The translations under genes and the position numbers were made by a program. From contig JAMOTN010000014.1 in NCBI GenBank assembly GCA_027062325.1, forward strand, positions 1 to 52,479: DNA of 52,479 nucleotides, given 5' to 3'. The notes under the pieces were generated by a model. That model ran no database searches. It worked only from the letters and a program-made list of their open reading frames with translations, and was not told the origin of the DNA. This DNA is from a bacterium (GTDB lineage: Bacteria > JAMOTN01). Shown here in pieces: positions 27,416 through 37,190 of the stretch. The number at the start of each line of letters is the position of its first letter. The stretch's first letter is position 1.

Positions 27416-27876
27416 GCCTCTTTACATATCTATTTGAACAGATAAAACTGTTCACATTAACATTTGGTTCAAGTTGGATACACTATCTGATAATGGGAAT
27501 AGTCATACTGATAAACCTTGTATTACTAATCATGTACTTCCGAAGCGCTCAACCTAAAGATACATTTTCAGCTTTAGAAGTCATAAATTTTATAAGCGAT
27601 ATATCAGGATTGACAGACTTTGAAAGAGACATCCTCATAAAAGTAGCAGAAGAGCAAAAATTTTTCCCAATTTATGAAGTATTTATATCACTTGCAAAGT
27701 TTGAAGAGGTAGAGCCCTATTTGATATTTGAATTAACTAATTATCTTGATCAACTATCAGCCATGAAATTAGTAGCATCCATAAAAGACAGATTATTCTT
27801 TCGACCAGTACTTGTTCAGGAAGTAGGCGCTCAACTTTTTAAAGAGTTTTACAATAGAACACTTGGACTGCAATAA
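27412..27876 (+). CDS. Hypothetical single-TM protein
   Basis: 154 aa; TM segment YLIMGIVILINLVLLIMYF; 4-nt overlap with the upstream gene; SD GAGGTGA. Confidence 0.72.
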   Translation: MSLFTYLFEQIKLFTLTFGSSWIHYLIMGIVILINLVLLIMYFRSAQPKDTFSALEVINFISDISGLTDFERDILIKVAEEQKFFPIYEVFISLAKFEEVEPYLIFELTNYLDQLSAMKLVASIKDRLFFRPVLVQEVGAQLFKEFYNRTLGLQ

Positions 27877-27939
27877 ATACTCACAGCATCTCAAATTTTT
27901 GTAAAATAGTAGTGTATTACGCAAAAGGAGTGAAATCAA

Positions 27940-28404
27940 ATGCTAAATAAAGTAATGCTTATAGGAAATTTAGGGGCAGATCCAACGATAAGGTACAGGC
28001 CAAGTGGAGATCCTGTCGTCACTTTTAACCTTGCCACAACATCAAAGTACAAGGGACAAAACGGCGAGGTCAAAGAGGTAACCGATTGGCACAGAATTGT
28101 GCTTTTTGGAAGATTAGCATCTGTTTACTCCGAACTACTGAGAAAAGGAATGAGAGTTTACATAGAAGGCAGGATAAGAACCCGCAGTTGGGTCGGTAGC
28201 GACGGCCAAAAACGTTTCACAACAGAGATAGTCGCAAAGCAACTTTTAATCCTATCTCCAAAGAAGCAATTTGCGGGAAGAGACGAATTTTCTGACGCTG
28301 GAGTAGAAGAGACGTTTAGCGAGGAACCTCTTAATGACTCTTTTGAAACAGATTCATTTAACGATTTTGAGGATGTAAGTTTCGACGATTTTTTGAGCGA
28401 CTGA
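27940..28404 (+). CDS. ssb: Single-stranded DNA-binding protein
   Basis: LNKVMLIGNLGADP, TDWHRIV, KGMRVYIEGRIRTRSW; acidic tail. Confidence 0.97.
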   Translation: MLNKVMLIGNLGADPTIRYRPSGDPVVTFNLATTSKYKGQNGEVKEVTDWHRIVLFGRLASVYSELLRKGMRVYIEGRIRTRSWVGSDGQKRFTTEIVAKQLLILSPKKQFAGRDEFSDAGVEETFSEEPLNDSFETDSFNDFEDVSFDDFLSD

Positions 28405-28438
28405 TCTTACCCATTCTACGTGGGAAGAGTGTAGTAAC

Positions 28439-30172
28439 ATGATAGTAAAAAAACAACAATCTACTGAGAAGTATGAAAAACTCATAAACTCATCTCCTGA
28501 GTTAGCTTGGCTTGAAATCAGAAAAGCACTTTACAAAGCTTTAAATGACGAAGAGACAGATCAAGAGTTTATTCAAAATTTGAAAGAGCTACTCAAAAAT
28601 CTCGATGAAAAGTTAAAACCGAAAAAACTTAAAATAGCCAAGAAGGTAAAAGAAGCTTCTATAGAGGACTTTATTGAACTCATAAACAATCATAACTTTT
28701 TTGTTAGATTATACTCATCTTTATTCGCCGCAAAGTTTCAGAAGTTTCAATTTGCATCGGCCATAGAGGATCGCCTCAAAAAAGAGTTTAACCCGTTTGT
28801 TCAAGCAACGCTAATATCCTCTCTTGCTAAACTCAATTACAAAGCTGCTATCCCAACAATAAAAGAATTTTTAAAAAGCCCTGATGAACGTGTGCGTTCC
28901 AACGCTTATGAAGCTTTATTCTCCTTTGGAATAACTCCTGATGAAATAAAAAAAGAAGAAGAAAGAGTAATAACAAGGGTTACTTATAAAGTAGCAGATG
29001 TCAATTTAGAACCAACTAAACCAATTGATGAAAAAAACACTATATTAAAACTTCTTGCAGCCTTATCTGTAATCATCTTTATAATAGCAACCATAGGAAT
29101 AATAAAAATGAAGACAAAATCAAAAAAAATATCAAATGAATTAAAATCCATCTCAGAAGAATTGGCACAACTTTCAAAAGAAAAAAAACAAACTCCTCCC
29201 ACTACCTTTTCAAAACTCAAGCCCACTACTTATAAAGCACAACCTAAACTTAAAAAAAATACTCTCTCCAACAAAGAAAAACTAAAAATCATCTACACAT
29301 TTTTGAACAAATCTCATCCATTCCTAAATATTCTCACCATATCACAACTTTCCGATCAACGTCTCCCATTTTCAATAATCTTTCCAAAATTTTCGCAAAA
29401 CGTAGAGATAGTAAGTAATCAAGTTTTTTGCAAATTAATAACCAAAGGCCTCAATCACGTTTTTTTACCATCCATAATTCGAATTAAAGCAAACGTATAT
29501 AAGGATCTTTCCTGTAAAATAACTTCGAAAACTCCCAAACCCCTTCAAAAAGCAACTAGTTTAAGAAAGAATTGCGAACAAATAGAAAAGCTTTTCTTTG
29601 CTGGAAAAGTTGAGGAGGCAGAAGTTGAACTCGAAAAAATTCTAAAGAAGGGAATCTATCCCACACCAATCTCATCCATAGTCAAAGCTTACATTGACAC
29701 TGGCGGAGATAAGAACCTCGTAAACAAAGCCTTAAACAACTTCTCAAGTTTTTGGAATGCTGAGATTGCCTCTTCTTATGGATTAAAGCCGGAGCTATTT
29801 GAAAATTTGAAGCTCGCCCTTATCGCAAACACTCCTCTTCCAAAACTCCCCAAAAAAGACCCGTATATACCCATAAAAGCAGAATATATGATCAAAAATG
29901 GAAGTTATGAACTGGCTCTCAAACTTTTGAAAAATTCTAAGCTAAAAGAAGCTCGTGCACTTGAAATAATAGCCGAAGCAAAGTTGCTCCTTAAGTCCTT
30001 CAAAACCACTCTTACTCTGCCCAGACAAAAAGCCCATCAAAATTTCAGCCACGTTGAAGTTGAAATTTCTAAACTTAACAATAAAATTAAACACTTTTTC
30101 AAGAAATATCCATTATTTCTTGGATTCCAAAGCTTCTTAGCAGGAGGCAGCCTCTGCTTTCCAAACCTCTGA
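28439..30172 (+). CDS. Bitopic protein: N-terminal HEAT repeats, TM segment, helical C-terminal domain
   Basis: FLKSPDERVRSNAYEAL; TM segment LLAALSVIIFIIATIGII. Confidence 0.75.
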   Translation: MIVKKQQSTEKYEKLINSSPELAWLEIRKALYKALNDEETDQEFIQNLKELLKNLDEKLKPKKLKIAKKVKEASIEDFIELINNHNFFVRLYSSLFAAKFQKFQFASAIEDRLKKEFNPFVQATLISSLAKLNYKAAIPTIKEFLKSPDERVRSNAYEALFSFGITPDEIKKEEERVITRVTYKVADVNLEPTKPIDEKNTILKLLAALSVIIFIIATIGIIKMKTKSKKISNELKSISEELAQLSKEKKQTPPTTFSKLKPTTYKAQPKLKKNTLSNKEKLKIIYTFLNKSHPFLNILTISQLSDQRLPFSIIFPKFSQNVEIVSNQVFCKLITKGLNHVFLPSIIRIKANVYKDLSCKITSKTPKPLQKATSLRKNCEQIEKLFFAGKVEEAEVELEKILKKGIYPTPISSIVKAYIDTGGDKNLVNKALNNFSSFWNAEIASSYGLKPELFENLKLALIANTPLPKLPKKDPYIPIKAEYMIKNGSYELALKLLKNSKLKEARALEIIAEAKLLLKSFKTTLTLPRQKAHQNFSHVEVEISKLNNKIKHFFKKYPLFLGFQSFLAGGSLCFPNL

Positions 30173-30202
30173 GTAGGAAAAACTTAGTAGGAGGAAAAAT
30201 CA

Positions 30203-30637
30203 ATGTTTTTAGAAACACATAATAAAGGCAAAGAACCATCATTCATAAATACAGGCAATAAAAAATCAAGCATTGTAGCTCGCCTTTCAAACATTATCGA
30301 AAACATTAAAATTTTATTACCAATCATACTATCTTCTTTAAAAAAAATTTGGCAAAGTATCAATATTCACCTTGTACTTGCAACACCTCATATAGATAAA
30401 CTCTTCTGGATAGTAACTCTTCCAAACGTCTCACTTTTGCATACAACTCGCTCAGATTTGAAGGCAAAGCTTACTGTGAAAACAAATTTATTCAGAGTTT
30501 TAAAACTTGTGCTTTCCATTCTTTTAATATTTTGGAAAAACAGGAGGGATATCTATGAAATTCTTAGACGGCAAAGAGGTAACGTGGAGAGCACTGCTTT
30601 TAGCAATCGTAATGGCAATAGTATTCGGAGCTGCTAA
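30203..30637 (+). CDS. Hypothetical basic protein
   Basis: SD GGAGG; fills the gap but overlaps the next gene by 83 nt. Confidence 0.45.
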   Translation: MFLETHNKGKEPSFINTGNKKSSIVARLSNIIENIKILLPIILSSLKKIWQSINIHLVLATPHIDKLFWIVTLPNVSLLHTTRSDLKAKLTVKTNLFRVLKLVLSILLIFWKNRRDIYEILRRQRGNVESTAFSNRNGNSIRSC

Positions 30638-32381
30638 CGTCTACCTTGCTTTAAAAGTTGGAATGACTGTGAGCGCTTCAATCCCCGCAGCATGCATATC
30701 CATGGCTATTTTTGCCACAGTTATGAGTAAAACTTCTATTCTGGAAAACAATATGGTCCAAACAGTAGCCTCCGCAGGGGAAAGTCTTGCAGCAGGAGTT
30801 GCATTCACGGTTCCTGCTCTTCTTTTGATGGGGGGAGAGTTCAACTGGTTTTCAACTTTTATGCTTGCCTTAGCAGGAGGTTTTTTAGGAGTTTTGTTCA
30901 TGGTTCCTCTAAGAAAGCTCTTGATTGAAGACGAAGATAAAAATCTCCCTTATCCCGAGGGCAGAGCTTGTGCATCTGTTCTTCAAGCTCCAAGCAAAGG
31001 TATGGGAGCTGTTTGGAAAGTTCTAGCAGGAATTATCATAGGAATTGTGGTAAAGCTCTTGGTTGACGGTGGTTTTGGACTCATAAACGAATTTCCAATG
31101 TGGAAGCTGCCATTTGGTAAGGGTTTCGTTGTCTCTTTTGATGTATTGCCAGCTTTGGTTGCGGTAGGTTTTATCATAGGCTTTAGAATATCTGCCATGA
31201 TGTTGGCTGGAGCTGCCCTTGGCTGGTGGGTGATAATTCCTTTATTTGCAGCTGCTCCTGAAATATTCTCAAAGATCGGAGTGAAAGTTGTTGGCGAGAT
31301 CAAAGACATATTCGTCGTTCAGAAAAATATTCTTCGCTACATAGGAGCCGGTGCAGTCGCTGCAAGCGGTATCCTAGGAGTGATAAAAACATTACCTGCA
31401 ATTATATCTTCAATTAGAAAAGCTATATCAGGTGGTTTTACTGGCTCAAAGAGAGATTTATCACTCAAAGTAGTTGGACTAATAGCCTCTCTGATAGCTC
31501 TTTCAATCGCACTATTTCCTGAACTTTATGGCATAAAAGTTCAAATGTGGATATCCATTCTGATAGCTGCATTCGTAGTCATCCTGTCATTTTTATTCGT
31601 TGCTGTATCTTCTCGAATTGTAGGACTTGTCGGCTCATCTTCTAATCCAATATCTGGTATGACAATTGCAACTCTTGTTATCACCTCCCTAGTATTTGTC
31701 AAAGTTGGTATAAAAGAACCAGTAACCGTCATGCTCATTGGAGCTTTTGTATGCATTGCAATGGCAATAGCAGGTGACACTTCCCAAGATTTAAAAACAG
31801 GTTATCTGGTTGGAGCAACTCCATTCAGGCAGCAGATAGGAGAGCTAATAGGAGTATTGGCTTCTTCTTTGTTTGTAGGATTTTCTCTTTACATGCTCTA
31901 CAAAGCATACGGCTTTGGAAGTAAGCAGCTCTCTGCTCCGCAGGCCGTTACAATGAAGCTTTTAGTAGAAGGATTGGTAACAGGAAACGCTCCTTATCAA
32001 CTTTTGATAATAGGAGTCTTTGTAGCATTGATGTTTGAACTCCTCGGAATGTCTGCACTTCCAATAGCAATTGGCCTTTACCTTCCTCTTGAGCTTTCCA
32101 TGAGCGTCATGGTAGGTGGATTAGCACGTTGGATATTTGACAACTACATTAAAGGAGATCTGGAAGACTCAACCTTAATAGCATCAGGACTAATAGCAGG
32201 TGAAGCACTCACTGGCATAATTTTAGCTGTCCTTGCAATTTCTGGAATATCCCTTGAAGTGGCCAAAAAACTTCCGGATACTGTATCTCTCATTGTTCTC
32301 GTGACCATTGCTCTTATAATAATGTTTCCCAACCTCATAGTTCCTTCTAATAAAGACTCATCTCCACAAATCAAGGAGTGA
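30555..32381 (+). CDS. OPT family oligopeptide transporter
   Basis: YLALKVGMTVSASIPAA, ENNMVQTVASAGES, LPYPEGRAC, GSSSNPISGMTI, QDLKTG, APQA. Confidence 0.95.
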   Translation: MKFLDGKEVTWRALLLAIVMAIVFGAANVYLALKVGMTVSASIPAACISMAIFATVMSKTSILENNMVQTVASAGESLAAGVAFTVPALLLMGGEFNWFSTFMLALAGGFLGVLFMVPLRKLLIEDEDKNLPYPEGRACASVLQAPSKGMGAVWKVLAGIIIGIVVKLLVDGGFGLINEFPMWKLPFGKGFVVSFDVLPALVAVGFIIGFRISAMMLAGAALGWWVIIPLFAAAPEIFSKIGVKVVGEIKDIFVVQKNILRYIGAGAVAASGILGVIKTLPAIISSIRKAISGGFTGSKRDLSLKVVGLIASLIALSIALFPELYGIKVQMWISILIAAFVVILSFLFVAVSSRIVGLVGSSSNPISGMTIATLVITSLVFVKVGIKEPVTVMLIGAFVCIAMAIAGDTSQDLKTGYLVGATPFRQQIGELIGVLASSLFVGFSLYMLYKAYGFGSKQLSAPQAVTMKLLVEGLVTGNAPYQLLIIGVFVALMFELLGMSALPIAIGLYLPLELSMSVMVGGLARWIFDNYIKGDLEDSTLIASGLIAGEALTGIILAVLAISGISLEVAKKLPDTVSLIVLVTIALIIMFPNLIVPSNKDSSPQIKE

Positions 32382-32386
32382 TATTA

Positions 32387-32746
32387 ATGAAGCTAATAAT
32401 TTTCACACTGCTACTTATCACAGGTCCACTTCTACTACTAGGATGTGTTACAAATAGAGAAAAAGGATTCGTATCAGATAACAAAGTGATCATTCCAGCA
32501 AGGGAAGGGGTTATAATAGTTGTTGATGGGATAAATAGAGACTGTGTATTTAAAGTTGACGGTGGTAAGGTATTTATGCACTGTAAATTCAAAAATCCGC
32601 CGTACGAAGCTTCAGTTCTAGTTCCCTCAAAATACGTGAACCTTCATTATATTATGAAACTTGAGGATGTTAATACTCTTATAGCTTCTTTGAAAAAAGA
32701 GCACAAAATTATCAAGGAAGGTGGTACAGGTGTATTCGATAAGTGA
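32387..32746 (+). CDS. Small lipoprotein, hypothetical
   Basis: Signal peptide with lipobox LLLG-C. Confidence 0.65.
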   Translation: MKLIIFTLLLITGPLLLLGCVTNREKGFVSDNKVIIPAREGVIIVVDGINRDCVFKVDGGKVFMHCKFKNPPYEASVLVPSKYVNLHYIMKLEDVNTLIASLKKEHKIIKEGGTGVFDK

Positions 32747-33395
32747 AGTAAAATCGTTACTTGAAAAAGACTCCATAGAAAGTATCGAAATGTTGGTCGA
32801 ACTTTTAAATAATTCAGCTAATATTGAAGAAACATTTGAGAGATGGAGTGAATTCAGCATAGACGAAAAGTTAAAACTTTGTAAAGTGATGGAAAAAGTT
32901 CAAAGCATTCCCATACTCGCAGCTAAAATTGCGAAAGCTGAAGATGACTTAAAGGTTAAAGCATCTCTTGTAAAGATTCTTTACAAGGTTGGAGATGAAG
33001 CCGTAATTGAAATTCTGGCAGAATTTTTAAAGCATCCTGATCGTAGAATTCGTGCCAATGCAGTAGAAGCACTCGGAATAATGAACTCCAGAAAAATCAA
33101 AGATTTGCTTATGCCATATTTAGAAGATCCAGACAATCGTGTGAGAGCAAACACTGCTGTTGCACTATGGAAATTTCCTGAAATTCGTGAAAAAGTCAAG
33201 CAGGCTTTTGAAGAGATGCTTCGTAATGAAAACAAGTGGATGAAAGCCAGTGCTTTCTATGCTTTTGGGGAAATTGGAATAAGAGAATTCTTGGAGCAGC
33301 TGGTAAATGATCTATACAATAGCGATGAAGACCTTGCAAAGAACGCCTTTTTAGCATTGGTAAGCTACTCAGAAAAGGTCGAAGAAGAGTTATAA
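32721..33395 (+). CDS. HEAT-repeat protein
   Basis: HPDRRIRANAVEALG, DPDNRVRANTAVALW. Confidence 0.88.
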   Translation: MVQVYSISEVKSLLEKDSIESIEMLVELLNNSANIEETFERWSEFSIDEKLKLCKVMEKVQSIPILAAKIAKAEDDLKVKASLVKILYKVGDEAVIEILAEFLKHPDRRIRANAVEALGIMNSRKIKDLLMPYLEDPDNRVRANTAVALWKFPEIREKVKQAFEEMLRNENKWMKASAFYAFGEIGIREFLEQLVNDLYNSDEDLAKNAFLALVSYSEKVEEEL

Positions 33396-33450
33396 ACGTG
33401 TTAAAATAGGAATAAGCGCAAATCTTAAAACTTCAAAGGGGGGCAGAACT

Positions 33451-34029
33451 ATGCCTAAGAGAAAGAGATGGACAAAAGAGGAAGAGCAATGGCTCAAAGA
33501 AAACTATCAGAAATTTAGCAATAAAGAATTAGCTGAAAAATTTGGAGTATCTGAAACTTCCATACAAAAAAAGCTTGCAAGTTTAGGGCTCACTCGTCAG
33601 CAGCAGAAAAAGTGGACTAAGGAAGACGAAGAGTTTTTAAAAGAAAACTATGAGAGTATGTCCATAGAAGAGCTTGCTAAAAAATTCAACGTAACTCCGC
33701 TTGCCGTTAAGAAAAAGCTGGCCCGTCTTGGACTCAGTAAGCGTTCGAAAAAAAGAACTAGCGAGCAAACAGAAGTCATAAAAGTTAAAATGAGTACAGA
33801 AGCTTTAACTGCAGAAGTGGATGAAACAACAACTTCTTCTCCTTCTACGTCCATTGAGTACAAACCAAACTTATCATACGAAGTAGGCAATATCATATAT
33901 CACCCCGTCTGGCAAGAAAAGGGAGAAGTCATTGGAAAAACAACAACTGCCGGTGGGCACAGTGCCATAATTGTTAGATTTGAAACATTAGGCGAGAAAA
34001 AATTAGTTGAGAGGTGGAGAAAGAGATAA
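33451..34029 (+). CDS. Two tandem Myb/SANT-like HTH repeats plus a C-terminal PcrA/UvrD-CTD-like Tudor domain
   Basis: WTKEEEQWLKENY...ELAEKFG..KKLASLGL repeated as WTKEDEEFLKENY...KKLARLGL; S/T-rich linker; YEVGNIIYHPVW..GEV...IVRF...GEKKLV. Confidence 0.72.
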   Translation: MPKRKRWTKEEEQWLKENYQKFSNKELAEKFGVSETSIQKKLASLGLTRQQQKKWTKEDEEFLKENYESMSIEELAKKFNVTPLAVKKKLARLGLSKRSKKRTSEQTEVIKVKMSTEALTAEVDETTTSSPSTSIEYKPNLSYEVGNIIYHPVWQEKGEVIGKTTTAGGHSAIIVRFETLGEKKLVERWRKR

Positions 34030-34032
34030 AAA

Positions 34033-35115
34033 TTGAAGATAATTGATAGATACATTATTAAGTTACTGATTCCATATTTCATTGTTGGTTTTATATCATT
34101 TTCTATTCTTGTAGGGCTGGAACCATTGGTGAAGGCCCTCTATTATTTTTTTAAGTCAAAAGTGGATCTTTACACAGCCTTAAAATTTTTCATGTTTAAA
34201 ACAACTGATGGAATGTTTTATGCATTTCCTCTATCAATGCTCCTTGCCTCTCTTCTTCTATTCTCACGTCTTTCTCAAACTGGCGAGTATATAGCCATTG
34301 TAAGTAGCGGAGTCCCATTCAAGAGAGTTGCTGCTCCTGTAGTCATATTCTCCATTCTTATCTCTCTCATAGCAGGTTATTTCATCGCAAAAGTTGTCCC
34401 ACCATCTCTTAACAAAGCAAAGCAAATAGAAAACAAAAAAATAAAAGGAATACTGTACGATGAATACGTTTTCAACCTTTTTCTTCGCAATTCAACTAAC
34501 GAGATAGTGTACATCAGGCGTTTTTCTATGCGGACAAATGATGGAGATGACTTTATGCTCGTTAAGTTGAAAAATCACATGCTTGTGACGAAGATTTGTG
34601 CTAAAAAAGCTTCTTATGTGGGAAGTGGTATATGGCAGCTGAAGAGGGTGTTCATATATAAGTATCGCCCTGGAAAGCTGAGGGAGATCAGCACTCTTAC
34701 TATGCCAACAATGGAGCTTAATCTCTCAATAAAGCTTAAAGAGTTCAAGAGTCTCAAAAAACGCCTAAGATACCTCACAAATTCTGAAATTTTAGCTAAA
34801 ATTAAACTTATAAGAGAGAGGGGCTTGGGCTTAGCTCTTGATCTATTAACAGAGTATTATTCACGTTTCGCTCTTGCAGCCTCTCCTCTCATATTTGCAC
34901 TTTTAGGGGTTGCTCTTGGCATAACAAATAAACGCTCTTCAGCAGGAGTTAGTTTTGGAATGTGTCTATTTATCATGTTTACATATTATGTTGCAAATTC
35001 AATATTTAAAACTTTTGGAAAGGAGGGAGTAATACCACCACTTCTAGCAGCTTGGGCTGCAAACTTTGTGTTTATATCAATCATCACTTATCTGCATTCA
35101 AAAGTCACAACTTAA
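34033..35115 (+). CDS. LptF/LptG (YjgP/YjgQ) family permease
   Basis: MKIIDRYI, PLSMLLA...RLSQTGEYIAIVSSGV, PPLLAAWAAN; 3+3 TM around a soluble domain. Confidence 0.92.
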   Translation: MKIIDRYIIKLLIPYFIVGFISFSILVGLEPLVKALYYFFKSKVDLYTALKFFMFKTTDGMFYAFPLSMLLASLLLFSRLSQTGEYIAIVSSGVPFKRVAAPVVIFSILISLIAGYFIAKVVPPSLNKAKQIENKKIKGILYDEYVFNLFLRNSTNEIVYIRRFSMRTNDGDDFMLVKLKNHMLVTKICAKKASYVGSGIWQLKRVFIYKYRPGKLREISTLTMPTMELNLSIKLKEFKSLKKRLRYLTNSEILAKIKLIRERGLGLALDLLTEYYSRFALAASPLIFALLGVALGITNKRSSAGVSFGMCLFIMFTYYVANSIFKTFGKEGVIPPLLAAWAANFVFISIITYLHSKVTT

Positions 35116-35129
35116 AAAGGGAGGAATGA

Positions 35130-36392
<1,263 letters not shown>

Positions 36393-36450
36393 TTGGCAGA
36401 ATCAATTACCATCAATACAGCCCTATAACTTTCGATTTTGCCGAAAAGTA

Positions 36451-36479
36451 TTGACTATAAATTGTTGATACAATAAAAT
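36451..36479 (+). promoter_or_regulatory. Sigma70-type promoter
   Basis: TTGACT-N17-TAAAAT, 22 nt upstream of ATG 36502. Confidence 0.7.
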
Positions 36480-36501
36480 TTTTTCGAAGGGGGCGATAAA
36501 G

Positions 36502-37152
36502 ATGAGAATAAAGTGGTTAGGTCATTCAGCTTTTTTAATAGAGGGATCAAAAAAAATCATCATTGATCCATTCATAACCGGCAACCCAAAAGCTCCGGTA
36601 AAAGCAGAGGATATTAAAGCAGATATTGTTCTTGTTACACACGATCATGGCGATCATCTTGGAGACGCATACGATATAACCAAGAAAAATAACGCCGTGC
36701 TTGTTTCAATATTTGAAATTACTCAAGATGCAGCAAGTAAAGGTGTTGAGAAAACTGAAGGTGGAAATATCGGTGGAACCATTGAAATAGATGGAGTAAA
36801 GATTCACTTCACAGCAGCTGCTCACTCCTCAGAAGGATTAGGAGATCCTGTTGGATTCATTATTGAAATGGATGGTAAAACAATCTATCACGCTGGTGAT
36901 ACAGGATTGTTTTCAGATATGGCACTGTATGGGGAATTTTTCAATATAGATGTAGCACTTTTGCCAATTGGAGACAGATTTACCATGGGGCCAAAATCTG
37001 CTGCTAAAGCTGCAAAAATGCTCAAAGCTAAAAAGGTAATCCCTATGCACTGGGGAACATTTCCACTTCTTCCGGGAGATCCTGCTGAGTTTGCAAAACT
37101 TGCAGAATGCGAAGTTGTAATTTTACAACCCGGCGAAAGTGTCGAAATATAA
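36502..37152 (+). CDS. UPF0173 metallo-beta-lactamase-fold hydrolase
   Basis: WLGHSAF, THDHGDH, AAHSS, YHAGDTG, LPIG, PMHWGTF. Confidence 0.92.
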   Translation: MRIKWLGHSAFLIEGSKKIIIDPFITGNPKAPVKAEDIKADIVLVTHDHGDHLGDAYDITKKNNAVLVSIFEITQDAASKGVEKTEGGNIGGTIEIDGVKIHFTAAAHSSEGLGDPVGFIIEMDGKTIYHAGDTGLFSDMALYGEFFNIDVALLPIGDRFTMGPKSAAKAAKMLKAKKVIPMHWGTFPLLPGDPAEFAKLAECEVVILQPGESVEI

Positions 37153-37190
37153 TATTAGGTAGAAAAATTCAGCTTAAGAAGGGGTTTGAT

